A stretch of 64,000 nt of DNA from Candidatus Poribacteria bacterium (lineage in GTDB: Bacteria; Poribacteria; WGA-4E; WGA-3G): the NCBI GenBank assembly GCA_026710795.1, contig JAPOQK010000023.1, positions 1,525-65,524 on the forward strand, read 5' to 3'. Shown here one piece after another: positions 50,268 to 59,891 of the stretch. How positions within the stretch are numbered: the stretch's first letter is position 1; each line of letters starts with the position of its first letter. Position numbers and translations under genes: made by a program. The notes under the pieces were generated by a model. The model searched no databases, was not told the DNA's origin, and was given only the letters and a program-made list of their open reading frames with translations.

Positions 50268-51420
50268 TAAATATTTCTAATCCAATTGCGAATAATATTA
50301 CCACAGCACACAAAAGATATGGACTTTGCGGTCCCAAAATTGAATCGGCTGCAATACCTCCTAACAATGGTCCTAACAAGCTACCTATTCCTAAAATTGC
50401 TTCGTGCCATCCGCTCTTATTTCCCTTATCCAATTGCATGTGTAACCCATAATATAGACTACTGAAATAGCTGAACGCTACGGAGACACCAATCAATGCA
50501 AAAGCACATATCCAAAAAAGTGTGTGTTGAACTTTCCATATTCCAATAAAGCACAATATTGCTAATATTTGAGTTATTAATAACGGTGTGAATCGATAGT
50601 GCCAACGTGTTGAATAACCTGTACCAAGGAATAGAAAAGTAATAGTTTGCACTCCACCAAGTGCCAGCATATAATTACCGAATGTAGTAGGGAGTATTCC
50701 TGTCTCCATTGTAAGTTTAGGGGCGAGTCGTCGCAATACTCCCAGTGTGAACCATGATGCAAAATTGGCACAACGACCTAAATTGAGATAAGTTTTCCGA
50801 ACAGATGTTGATGGAAATAGGATTTCAGTCCGTTCATGTGTGTTATCGGTAATAAAGTCAGTTGAAGTTGAACCGGATTTTTGGACAAAAATGACACATA
50901 AAGTGAGTAATCCACTGACACATGCCAAATAAAAAGGTCTGTATGGATTTATATCCTGATATAGATAGCCAGATATTGCTGGTCCTAATGTTACACCTAT
51001 ACTCCAAAACAGATTGAATAGCATCACACGATGAAGCAATTTACCTTCATCTTCCCGTTCTGCCAACCAAGCTTCATAAGCAGGCCAAAAAAGAGCCATA
51101 CTAATACCAATACCCGGAAAAAGTAGGAGCAGGTGGTATTTGTTTGAACAGAATCGAAGTCCAATGCTAACGACTGCGAGTAAGAAACAGCCAGTGTATA
51201 GCATATTTTTACGATTAACCCGATCAGAGAGTTTCCCAAATGGTATTGCAAGGAACGTAAAATGTGTCAATGCAATAGCCATCAGCAAACCTAAAAAAGT
51301 TGAAGATAGTTTAAGATCACTGGTGTAAAATGCAGAATTTGTTAGGACACTACTTAGCGCAAAATCAATTAATAAGGCGGGTAAATAAAGGGTGAAATTA
51401 AGTTTAGGTTTTCGGGACAT
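50230..51420 (-). CDS. MFS transporter
   Basis: 396 aa, 12 predicted TM helices; loop motif SDRVNRKNMLYTG between TM2-3. Confidence 0.75.
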   Translation of the reverse strand: MSRKPKLNFTLYLPALLIDFALSSVLTNSAFYTSDLKLSSTFLGLLMAIALTHFTFLAIPFGKLSDRVNRKNMLYTGCFLLAVVSIGLRFCSNKYHLLLLFPGIGISMALFWPAYEAWLAEREDEGKLLHRVMLFNLFWSIGVTLGPAISGYLYQDINPYRPFYLACVSGLLTLCVIFVQKSGSTSTDFITDNTHERTEILFPSTSVRKTYLNLGRCANFASWFTLGVLRRLAPKLTMETGILPTTFGNYMLALGGVQTITFLFLGTGYSTRWHYRFTPLLITQILAILCFIGIWKVQHTLFWICAFALIGVSVAFSYFSSLYYGLHMQLDKGNKSGWHEAILGIGSLLGPLLGGIAADSILGPQSPYLLCAVVILFAIGLEIFIISKNWMSADAL

Positions 51421-51496
51421 TTATCTCTTCATTTTCTCAGAGATAGCACAATAATAAACTGATGTAAATATGGATTATCCGATGATGTTGACATAT

Positions 51497-52489
51497 CTAT
51501 GGTTCTATAATTTTTGTGTCAACAGTATGGTAACCTAAAATATCTACAGGTGTCTTCTTTAGTCCAATTTCGTCTTGTGTGATTCCGCTGTTTGTTGTTG
51601 CTCTTGCATATATTTCAACAGGTCCAGTTTTCTTTGGTATCTGCCAGTCCCATTTCCAGAGCACCCATGCTAATGGAGTGTCCTTTGCCCATATCTCTGT
51701 TTCATTCCAAGTTTGTCCGTAATCAACGCTGACTTCAACTTTTTTGATTCCTTCATGATGTCCAGCGTCAAATGCAGCACCGCTTACAGTATAATTTTGC
51801 CCTGCGAGTAATTCTTCATCAAGACTGGGTGTGCCAATGACGGTAGCGAGTTTTACATTTGCAACAGGGTCCCATCCACGTTTCTCCCAATAACTTTGAT
51901 GTTCTGCAGCTAATTGTATATTTACAATCCATTTTGGGTTCTTAGTACCGTAATGCCCCGGATTAAGCAATCGTACAGGAAACCCATGTTCTTTTGGCAA
52001 GGGTTCTCCGTTCATTTCATACGCAAGAATGGTGTCTTCATGCATGGCATCTTCTAATGGTATTGCGGTGTGATATCCATCTGCACATTGAAACACAACA
52101 ACTTTTGCCTTATCTTTTACGCCAGCCTTCTTAATCAGTTCCTGTAACCGTACCCCTTTCCACTCAGCATTTCCCATCTGCTCTGTGCCGATAGGATCAC
52201 CAATGCACTTCAATGTCCGCATTGTAACAACAGAATCCATTGCAGTGATTTCTTCGTATAGAAATGAAGTAATTGGTTTCTCAGCCAAACCGGTAATAAC
52301 CAAACGCCAGTTGTTCACATCAATTTTTGCCGGGTCTCCAATTTGGAGAATGTAGAATTCATCATTAGGTGTTTTAAATGTGCGTGGTTTCAACAAACGA
52401 ACATTGTCTTCTTGTGCTTGTAATTTTATAGGTAATACCATCCCTGCAGCACTCATCGCGCTCAATTTTATGAAATTTCTTCGTTTCAT
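51497..52489 (-). CDS. Tat-exported molybdopterin-dependent oxidoreductase, sulfite-oxidase family (YedY/MsrP-like)
   Basis: Twin-arginine signal MKRRNFIKLSAMSAAGMVLP. Mo-domain pattern (…CIGDPIG…, …HGFPVRLLNPGHYG…). Confidence 0.75.
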   Translation of the reverse strand: MKRRNFIKLSAMSAAGMVLPIKLQAQEDNVRLLKPRTFKTPNDEFYILQIGDPAKIDVNNWRLVITGLAEKPITSFLYEEITAMDSVVTMRTLKCIGDPIGTEQMGNAEWKGVRLQELIKKAGVKDKAKVVVFQCADGYHTAIPLEDAMHEDTILAYEMNGEPLPKEHGFPVRLLNPGHYGTKNPKWIVNIQLAAEHQSYWEKRGWDPVANVKLATVIGTPSLDEELLAGQNYTVSGAAFDAGHHEGIKKVEVSVDYGQTWNETEIWAKDTPLAWVLWKWDWQIPKKTGPVEIYARATTNSGITQDEIGLKKTPVDILGYHTVDTKIIEP

Positions 52490-52701
52490 TTTACCTCCTC
52501 TTTATGCGATTCGTGCTTAGGATTCTTTCTACGCATACGCATTGTTATCTTTATTACACCTCTTACCATAATTGCAGTTCCGAAGGAAAGGAACAGTGGT
52601 AATCCCCACTTCCAATGGTATATATAATATGCTATAAAACAGATAACCATCAGAAATATGAATATATTTAATAATGCTCTATTGTCATACCATTTTTGCA
52701 T
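52486..52701 (-). CDS. Small single-pass membrane protein, overlapping by 4 nt with (and presumably co-translated with) the Mo-oxidoreductase
   Basis: 71 aa, one TM helix, basic C-terminus (RMRRKNPKHESHKEEVK). Confidence 0.35.
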   Translation of the reverse strand: MQKWYDNRALLNIFIFLMVICFIAYYIYHWKWGLPLFLSFGTAIMVRGVIKITMRMRRKNPKHESHKEEVK

Positions 52702-52865
52702 TTCTATTACAATTCAATATATATTTTTTTGGGTTCTAAATAGTTAATTCTACTTTAAATAATATCATTTATGTGATAGAAATTCAACTCAATTATTGCC
52801 ATTGCAGGGTTATTTAGTTTTCGGTTTTTCGCACAGGATTTGTTACATATGTGGATAATGGTATT

Positions 52866-53122
52866 TGTTTATTGTCTGAACCAGGATTTACAGGATTATG
52901 AGCTGGTGTATATATTCCGTTTCAAAGGATGTAAGGTTACCTTATGCAAAGGGATATAGGAATATCAAACTCTTATCCTGCTAATCCTATAATCCCGGGG
53001 AATGCCAAAAGGCATTCATACCCGACAAATGCCATACGCGCATTTGGCGTTGATTTGGGGGAAATCCAACAGGCGTTCATACCGTTGATTTCTTGATTTG
53101 GTAAATCCTGGTTCAGACAAAC
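52866..53122. repeat. Composite MITE-like element bounded by inverted repeats TGTCTGAACCAGGATTTAC / GGTAAATCCTGGTTCAGACA, containing GAATGCC-aaaa-GGCATTC and related hairpins
   Basis: Terminal 19-20 nt are inverted copies. Interior contains two copies of the GGC(A/G)TTCATACC…GTTGATTT core shared with 21752..21780. A third copy of the TCTGAACCAGGATTT unit lies at 30036..30050. Confidence 0.45.
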
Positions 53123-53176
53123 ACAGTTTAATATAAAATACCAATATATATCCAATAAAACATTTCACTTTTTAAT

Positions 53177-53205
53177 TTGACACCCACAAAAAGATACTAT
53201 ATAAT
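53177..53205 (+). promoter_or_regulatory. Perfect consensus sigma70-type promoter TTGACA-N17-TATAAT (copy B of the duplicated module)
   Basis: TTGACA 53177..53182, 17-nt spacer, TATAAT 53200..53205. Flanking ~55 nt conserved with 29735..29795. Confidence 0.5.
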
Positions 53206-53416
53206 TAACATTTGTTTAGAATATAGAATTATATCTGTGACACGAATTGAGATACGTTAGAAGGAAGTATAAACACAAATTCACCTATTGTGTAATGTTT
53301 GATTTTTGATTCTAAGGGACTGTATATGGGTTTTCTAAGTTTCATGTCTTGCAAATTATGAAGGTAGGTCAAGGCAAGTAAAAAAACCAAAAAGGCGCAA
53401 AAAAAAAAGCGAAATT

Positions 53417-53481
53417 CGCGTCACATTCCTTGTCCTGACTGGATTCTAAACGTCACAGTGACGTGTCAAAACGTCACATTT
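53417..53481 (+). promoter_or_regulatory. Conserved palindrome-rich 65-nt block (copy B)
   Basis: CGCGTCACaTTCCTTGTCCtGACTGGATTCTAAACGTCACAGTGACGTGtcAAAACGTCACATTT. Matches copy A at 29884..29947 in about 62 of 65 positions. Lies ~390 nt upstream of the DUF1501 gene. Confidence 0.35.
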
Positions 53482-53872
53482 GAATGCACATATCGGTAAT
53501 CAACATAACACTAATTTGACAGATATAGGTTTGCTTCGCTGTACAGACTACGATATAACTATTAATAACACCAATCTACAGATTATTCTTAAAACATAGT
53601 AAACTTGGTGTGCAGTTTTTTACTTGTATTTGATTTATATGTATGGTATTATATAGTCAATGTCCATCATTATATGAAGAATAGTATTGTGTGTAGAATC
53701 CAATTAAATATTTAGTGAGTATTTACGGTATCAAGGTAATTGTATTTACAACGTCAACTAATTATATCTACCCCGCAGGTGTAGGCACTACAACAGACTT
53801 TCTAAGCGGGACAATATTAAGGAGAGGCATTCGTTAGCCAATAGGCTTCCGTTTAATTGCTATAAACTGAAA

Positions 53873-55180
53873 ATGAGATCAGGATTATGGGTACCCGAAT
53901 ACGATACACCTGAACTATGGCATAAAGAGATATCCAGACGTAGTTTTTTCAAATATGGAGTCAGTAGTTTTCTGGGGCTTGTTGCAATGCAGCACTTTGG
54001 TACAACGGGTAATGCCCAGTTAGAAAATATAATCCCGTGTGCCAAACGTTGTATCGTTATGTTTATGAGTGGTGGTCCGAGTCAATTAGATACTTTTGAT
54101 CCCAAAGATCAATCTGTAAAAAATAGTGGTCCATTCCTTCCAATACCTACAAGTGTTAATGGGATACAGATATCAGAACATCTACCAAATGTGGCTGAAC
54201 AAGCACATCATCTTTCTATTATTCGCTCAATGGTATCCCGTGAAGGTAATCATGAACGCGCACGTTATCTATTACATACCGGATATGCGCCAGGTGGTGC
54301 AGTAAGGCACCCAACAATTGGATCATTGACATCATATTATCTTGACGATGACGAATCTAAACTACCGAGCAATGTCAATATCAATTCTCCTACATATTCT
54401 GCTGGTTTTCTTGGTGCCGCTCATGATCCGTTTATGGTTAATAATCCAATGAAACCGGTTGATGACATATCCTATCCAGAACAAATGGACACAAACCGAT
54501 TTCGTGAACGTTTGAAAATGCTGAAAAACCTTGAGCAAGACTTCGTTTCCAAACGCACAGGTTTGGGAACAGAAACTCATGAAGCCATATACAAAAAAGC
54601 TGATGAACTAATCAATTCTCCCAAGATTAAAGCTTTTGAACTTGATGAAGAACCGAGTGAAATCAAGGAAGCTTATGGTATGAATAGGTTTGGACAAGGT
54701 TGTTTAATGGCAAGAAGATTGATTGAATCTGGTGTTAAATTCGTTGAAATAACACTTGATGGATGGGATACACACGAAAATAACTTTGAAAGAACAAAAG
54801 AACTACTTGAAATTGTTGACCCAGCCTATGCAATGTTGATAAAAGACTTAAGCGAAAGAGATCTGCTGGACGAAACAATTATCCTATGGATTGGTGAATT
54901 CGGAAGAACACCGAGAATCAACCAAAATGATGGGCGAGATCATCACCCGAACGGTTGGTCTGCTGTAATTGCAGGTGGTGGTATACGCGGCGGACAAGTC
55001 ATAGGTAGTACCAATGAAGATGGAACAAAAGTTGTATCCGCACCAGTCGGAGTACCAGACCTATTCGCTTCTCTCTGCTTCGCATTAGGCATTGACTATC
55101 AAGAAGAGAATATGTCTCGTTCTGGACGACCAATACGGGTTGTCAATGATGGGAATATAGTAGAAGAACTGTTTGTTTAA
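53873..55180 (+). CDS. DUF1501-family (sulfatase-like fold) protein with twin-arginine signal
   Basis: Tat motif SRRSFFKYGVSSFLGL. DUF1501 hallmarks (…CIVMFMSGGPSQLDTFDPK…, …GRDHHP…). Confidence 0.75.
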   Translation: MRSGLWVPEYDTPELWHKEISRRSFFKYGVSSFLGLVAMQHFGTTGNAQLENIIPCAKRCIVMFMSGGPSQLDTFDPKDQSVKNSGPFLPIPTSVNGIQISEHLPNVAEQAHHLSIIRSMVSREGNHERARYLLHTGYAPGGAVRHPTIGSLTSYYLDDDESKLPSNVNINSPTYSAGFLGAAHDPFMVNNPMKPVDDISYPEQMDTNRFRERLKMLKNLEQDFVSKRTGLGTETHEAIYKKADELINSPKIKAFELDEEPSEIKEAYGMNRFGQGCLMARRLIESGVKFVEITLDGWDTHENNFERTKELLEIVDPAYAMLIKDLSERDLLDETIILWIGEFGRTPRINQNDGRDHHPNGWSAVIAGGGIRGGQVIGSTNEDGTKVVSAPVGVPDLFASLCFALGIDYQEENMSRSGRPIRVVNDGNIVEELFV

Positions 55181-55312
55181 CTACCACTAAATTGATGTCT
55201 ATAATATAGAATCCATTATAGATTACGAATCAACTTGAAAAAGCATCGTATTCTTCTATGGGTTACTAAAACGGTCATATTAGAAGTATAGATACCTATC
55301 CAGGTTGTCGTA

Positions 55313-55894
55313 ATGCGGGTCATTTCTGGCAAATATAAAGGTAGACGCTTAGTTACACCAAAAGACTTGTCTATACGACCTACAAGTGATCGTGTGAAAG
55401 AGTCTGTTTTCAGTAGCATAAATCATAAAGTTAGAAATGCTAATTTTTTTGACCTATGTTCTGGTACAGGCAATATAGGTATTGAAGCACTAAGTAGAGG
55501 AGCAGATAAGGTAACCTTCTTGGATCATAATATAGAATGTCACAGATTGATTGAAATGAATCTGTTGAAATGTGGTATAGAGAAAAAAAGTCCACAGATA
55601 AAACTAATTCACAGTGGCATAACAAAAGGTATAACAATTCTTCAAAACTGTTCTGAGATATATGATCTCATCTATTTTGATCCACCTTATAATGCAGGAC
55701 TTTACACAAAATGTCTCTCTTTTATCTCGGCTGCAAGTTTACTGAAACCTTCAGGGTTAATTTTAGTAGAACACGAAAAGAGAACCGATTTACCAAATGA
55801 GATTGGAATATTTAGCCGAGATAGATTCAAGCAATACGGAAACACACATGTAACTTTTTTTCGACATCAAAACTTTTCACAAATTGCGAAGTGA
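55313..55894 (+). CDS. rsmD: 16S rRNA (guanine966-N2)-methyltransferase RsmD
   Basis: MRVISGKYKGRRLVTPKDLSIRPTSDRVKESVF… N-terminus and DPPY motif (FDPPY) diagnostic of RsmD. Confidence 0.8.
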   Translation: MRVISGKYKGRRLVTPKDLSIRPTSDRVKESVFSSINHKVRNANFFDLCSGTGNIGIEALSRGADKVTFLDHNIECHRLIEMNLLKCGIEKKSPQIKLIHSGITKGITILQNCSEIYDLIYFDPPYNAGLYTKCLSFISAASLLKPSGLILVEHEKRTDLPNEIGIFSRDRFKQYGNTHVTFFRHQNFSQIAK

Positions 55895-56192
55895 ATTATA
55901 CTGTGTGTTCACGACAAAGATTTTGATATACTGTTATTGTAAGAATGTCTGTTGATATTATTGATTATATGTCAGACATTCAAATGCGGGTATACATGAT
56001 ACCTTAGCAAGCAAATTTAGTGTTTTGATAATCAACCCGATTTATTAACTCATTTTAAGTTGATGCTAACGTAACACCTTTCTTTATTTATTGATGCATC
56101 TATGCAAATATAAAACATTTGGTCGCAAATAATGTAATTGCAATGATTGTGTTAATAGTATGCCTGCAATAGGAAACATAAGGAATAGGTGA

Positions 56193-58817
56193 ATGAAACT
56201 TGACGATTTAGTCGTATCGCGGCGAGGGAAAAATGTCGTTTTAAACCATCAACAATATCAAATTGAATTTAATTTAGCTAAAGGAATATGGAATTATAAC
56301 GATAAAAACGGTAAAACAATTATAAAAAATGGTTTCACGCAAATTTGCCTTAAGGATGGCACCACGTTAAAATCACTTGACTCTGGTTACCGTGAATTTC
56401 ATAGTGAACCTGTACAAAATGATGCATTCGGAAATTATCAAACCTTAAAGTTTACCTATGAAACCGTAGTGACTGACAAGAAAAGCAAAAAATCAAGTCA
56501 AAAAAGGAATTCAAAGAAAACGGCATCTTCTAATAACCCACCGAATACAAACGATGCCGATGATTCACAGCAAAACACTATAGAAAGTAGTGAAGATGTT
56601 TCCCAAGGAACAGGTATCCGTATACACACTTATCTCACCTGCTATGCGGATCATCCCTATATTCTATTGAAAGTGGGTGTTGAGAATCTAAGACATACTC
56701 CTATATGTCTAACCAATATAACACTTATTGATATTTCTTCTCAGCAGGGGACTCTCCAATTAGGTGGTCACCCCACGCAATACAATCTCTTCCTAAAAAT
56801 GCCTCCAATTTCTCCAGATGCAAGTGTACATCATAAAATCTATGACGGATTCCGTTTGGATGGTGAAAAAATGTTACAACCTTGCCAAGAAGGTGTTTTA
56901 CACGACACTGTTAGCAAAAAGTCAATCCTATTTGGGTTTATTACAACAAATAAATTGTGGCCCAGAATCCAATTAGGGTATCAAGTGTCAAAACAAAAAA
57001 CACAACAAGGATTGACAACATGGGCGTTATATCATGATTGTGAAAACATGATATGTCAAACCGGTGAAGAGATTACTTCGGAGATAGGCTATCTGGATTA
57101 TTCTGAAGATGCACATTCATCATATAAACGTTATACTGAACGTCTCGCTGCGGATATCCCTACTCAGTCTACACAAAACCTACCACAAGAAAGCTACACA
57201 GACACATCACCTCAACCTGTTTTCCACCAACAGATATTTAAGGGTTGGTGTTTTTCTTCGGAAAATATAAATGGTAAGTTTGGAGCGAAAACTATCAAGG
57301 AACAAATTGATGCAATCACTGAAAACTCTCTTCTGAAACCAATGGTTGAGAGTGGAATGGATTACATACATTTGGAAACGGGTTGGCAGGCAAGTCCTGG
57401 TAACTTGACGCTGAAAAAGGATTGTTTCCCTGAAGGAATGCGTAATATTGTTGATCAGATACATCAGAGCGGTTTTAAAGCTGGAATTAGTATAGATCCA
57501 TTCGCTATTGATACCAATACTGATTTGGTGCAAAAGTCCCCTGAAGTATGCCTGCGCCATAATGGCAGAGAAAAGACAAAATCACCTGATAAAAAACAAC
57601 ATCGACCTATTGAAGTACATCTTCCAAACAGAGAATCTGCACTTGGGATTTTAGATGTATCCCATCCAAAAACCCAAAAACATGTAAAGACAATATTAAA
57701 ACAGATTATAGATGATTGGAGTTATGACATTATCAAGGTTGATTTATCCAGTTATACGAGCGGTATGATGTCTATCTCACAAAATGCAGATTGGCACGAC
57801 AACTCACTCACATCTACTGAACTATATCGGAAAGCTATCTCATTACTGAAAGAGGCAGTCGATATGGCTGAAAAGGATGTTCTTCTTGCAGGATATAACA
57901 TCATTGAGAGTGTAAGTATGGGGACTTTCATGCTCAATTTCCCACTTATACGTCAGAAATATGTGGATAACAGCGATTCATGGCATCACCAAAATGGAAC
58001 AAAGCAAAGATTAAGACGCTATACCGGATATCTAAATGATCCTGACTCTGTATGGGAACATGTATATGGAGATTTATGTATTGATGAACCACGTCCTGTA
58101 AATGAGGCAATCGTTGAGATGACTGCAGCAGCATTGAGCGGAAACTCGATATTATGCATGAATATACCATCTTCCTTATCTACACATAGGGCAGAATTGA
58201 TGGCAAAATTATTTCCGCTTTCAGGAAATGCTGCAAAAACTGTTGATCGTTATGAGGAACCATTTCCACAAATATGGCATTTACCTATTGAAACACAACG
58301 AGGATCATGGGATATACTCGGAATCTTTAATTGGAAAGATCAACAAGAAGATGTTAATCTAAATTTAGAGACTATCGGTCTTCAACCTGACAAAGCCTAC
58401 CATGTGCATGATTTTTGGATGCGTCAATACTTAGGTGTCGTATCAAAAAATGTTACACTTATAAACATTGCTCCACGGTCAGCAAAGTTGCTATGCTTCA
58501 GGGAAGAACAGCAAACACCTCAGTTGCTTGCCACTGATATCCATTATACACAAGGGAGTGTTGAGATTCTGTCTGAAGGATGGGATGATCGTAGTCAAAG
58601 TTTTCTCGTTATCTGCAAACCTATACGCCAATCCGAGGGTTCATTATTCTTTTATGTTCCTGAAAGCTATATTCCTATTGGTGTATCTGCCTTAGGAAGC
58701 GAATATCAGTATCGTTGGGATAAGCCTATTTACCAATTGACTTTTAATTCAAATGAATCATTGATACATGCAAGTATTCAATTTACTAAGACTGAAGGTG
58801 GTTCGCGTATATCATGA
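56193..58817 (+). CDS. Large glycoside-hydrolase-like protein (alpha-galactosidase/GH36-like catalytic core) with a Lys/Ser-rich low-complexity insert
   Basis: 874 aa. …GWQASPGNLTLKKDCFPEGMRNIVDQIHQSGFKAGISIDPFAI… resembles the melibiase/GH36 (FP-G…VH…G-K-G-W-eP) core. Residues ~95-130 are KKSKKSSQKRNSKKTASSNNPPNTNDADD. Confidence 0.45.
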   Translation: MKLDDLVVSRRGKNVVLNHQQYQIEFNLAKGIWNYNDKNGKTIIKNGFTQICLKDGTTLKSLDSGYREFHSEPVQNDAFGNYQTLKFTYETVVTDKKSKKSSQKRNSKKTASSNNPPNTNDADDSQQNTIESSEDVSQGTGIRIHTYLTCYADHPYILLKVGVENLRHTPICLTNITLIDISSQQGTLQLGGHPTQYNLFLKMPPISPDASVHHKIYDGFRLDGEKMLQPCQEGVLHDTVSKKSILFGFITTNKLWPRIQLGYQVSKQKTQQGLTTWALYHDCENMICQTGEEITSEIGYLDYSEDAHSSYKRYTERLAADIPTQSTQNLPQESYTDTSPQPVFHQQIFKGWCFSSENINGKFGAKTIKEQIDAITENSLLKPMVESGMDYIHLETGWQASPGNLTLKKDCFPEGMRNIVDQIHQSGFKAGISIDPFAIDTNTDLVQKSPEVCLRHNGREKTKSPDKKQHRPIEVHLPNRESALGILDVSHPKTQKHVKTILKQIIDDWSYDIIKVDLSSYTSGMMSISQNADWHDNSLTSTELYRKAISLLKEAVDMAEKDVLLAGYNIIESVSMGTFMLNFPLIRQKYVDNSDSWHHQNGTKQRLRRYTGYLNDPDSVWEHVYGDLCIDEPRPVNEAIVEMTAAALSGNSILCMNIPSSLSTHRAELMAKLFPLSGNAAKTVDRYEEPFPQIWHLPIETQRGSWDILGIFNWKDQQEDVNLNLETIGLQPDKAYHVHDFWMRQYLGVVSKNVTLINIAPRSAKLLCFREEQQTPQLLATDIHYTQGSVEILSEGWDDRSQSFLVICKPIRQSEGSLFFYVPESYIPIGVSALGSEYQYRWDKPIYQLTFNSNESLIHASIQFTKTEGGSRIS

Positions 58818-58857
58818 GAAACGGTTAATGTTATAACCGACACTTAAAAACACACGC

Positions 58858-59859
58858 ATGTGTTATATGAAATATATTAGTATGAAAAAGAAAATACAGA
58901 TTGCAATAGAGTCAGTACTAAAGGCAGGTGAACTATGTCAACAGGTACAGGCAGAAATGGTCTCATCGGATGCTATACAAAAAAGTGACCGTAGTCCAGT
59001 AACAATTGCTGATTATGGATCACAGGCATTGGTATGTAAAGCAATTGCAGATGCATTTCCTAATGATTCCGTTGTTGCTGAGGAAAACTCACAGTCCTTA
59101 AAACAGAATACACATCTATTGGAGAGGGTTACTAATTATGTTAGTCGCTATTTATCCGAAGACACACAACAAAAGGATAATATCTCTGATCGTGACGTAT
59201 GCGACTGGATTGACCGTGGAAGCGGGGAAATAGGGGATTGCTTCTGGACACTTGATCCAATTGATGGCACAAAAGGCTTTCTAAGGCAAGATCAATACGC
59301 AATTGCATTAGCTTGGATTGTTGATGGTCAAGTTCAACTCGGAGTTTTAGGATGTCCAAATCTTCCACATCAATTGGATGATGCAAATTCTGAACGTGGA
59401 TGTTTATTTGTCGCTGTTCGTGGAGAAGGCACATCAATATATACGCTTAAAGGAAAGCTGATAACAGCAGTGTGTGTGTCTGACAAAGCATCGAGATTAG
59501 CAGAGAGTTTTGAGTCTATGCACGGTGACAGCACAACACATATCAAAATAGCAAAGAAACTTGGACTGCATAAACCTCCAATTCAAATTGACAGTCAAGC
59601 AAAATACGGTATAGTTGCGCGTGGTGATGCATCGCTCTATATCCGTTTGCCAAATCCCTCATATCCTGACTATAGAGAATGTATTTGGGATCATGCTGCA
59701 GGACAAATAGTAGTTGAGGAAGCAGGAGGTAAAGTGACTGATGCAAATGGAAAACCACTCAACTATCTAAGTGGAAGACGCATGCAGGACAACCGTGGTG
59801 TTGTTGCGACAAACGGTTCGTTACATAACGAAGTATTGTCAGTCCTGTCTGCTATGTAA
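58858..59859 (+). CDS. 3'(2'),5'-bisphosphate nucleotidase / inositol-monophosphatase-family protein (HAL2/CysQ-like)
   Basis: W-x-DP-IDGT motif (WTLDPIDGTKGFL) and downstream …WDHAAG… motif of the IMPase superfamily. Start may be the internal MKKK. Confidence 0.7.
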   Translation: MCYMKYISMKKKIQIAIESVLKAGELCQQVQAEMVSSDAIQKSDRSPVTIADYGSQALVCKAIADAFPNDSVVAEENSQSLKQNTHLLERVTNYVSRYLSEDTQQKDNISDRDVCDWIDRGSGEIGDCFWTLDPIDGTKGFLRQDQYAIALAWIVDGQVQLGVLGCPNLPHQLDDANSERGCLFVAVRGEGTSIYTLKGKLITAVCVSDKASRLAESFESMHGDSTTHIKIAKKLGLHKPPIQIDSQAKYGIVARGDASLYIRLPNPSYPDYRECIWDHAAGQIVVEEAGGKVTDANGKPLNYLSGRRMQDNRGVVATNGSLHNEVLSVLSAM

Positions 59860-59891
59860 ATAGGATAATTGGAAATTGTAAAGGAGTATAT

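Noticed and set aside
21700-53500. Possible CRISPR array formed by the recurring palindromic repeats
   Set aside because: Copies are dispersed over tens of kb, of unequal length, and not separated by regular spacers, and no cas genes are present. They behave like MITE/REP-type elements.
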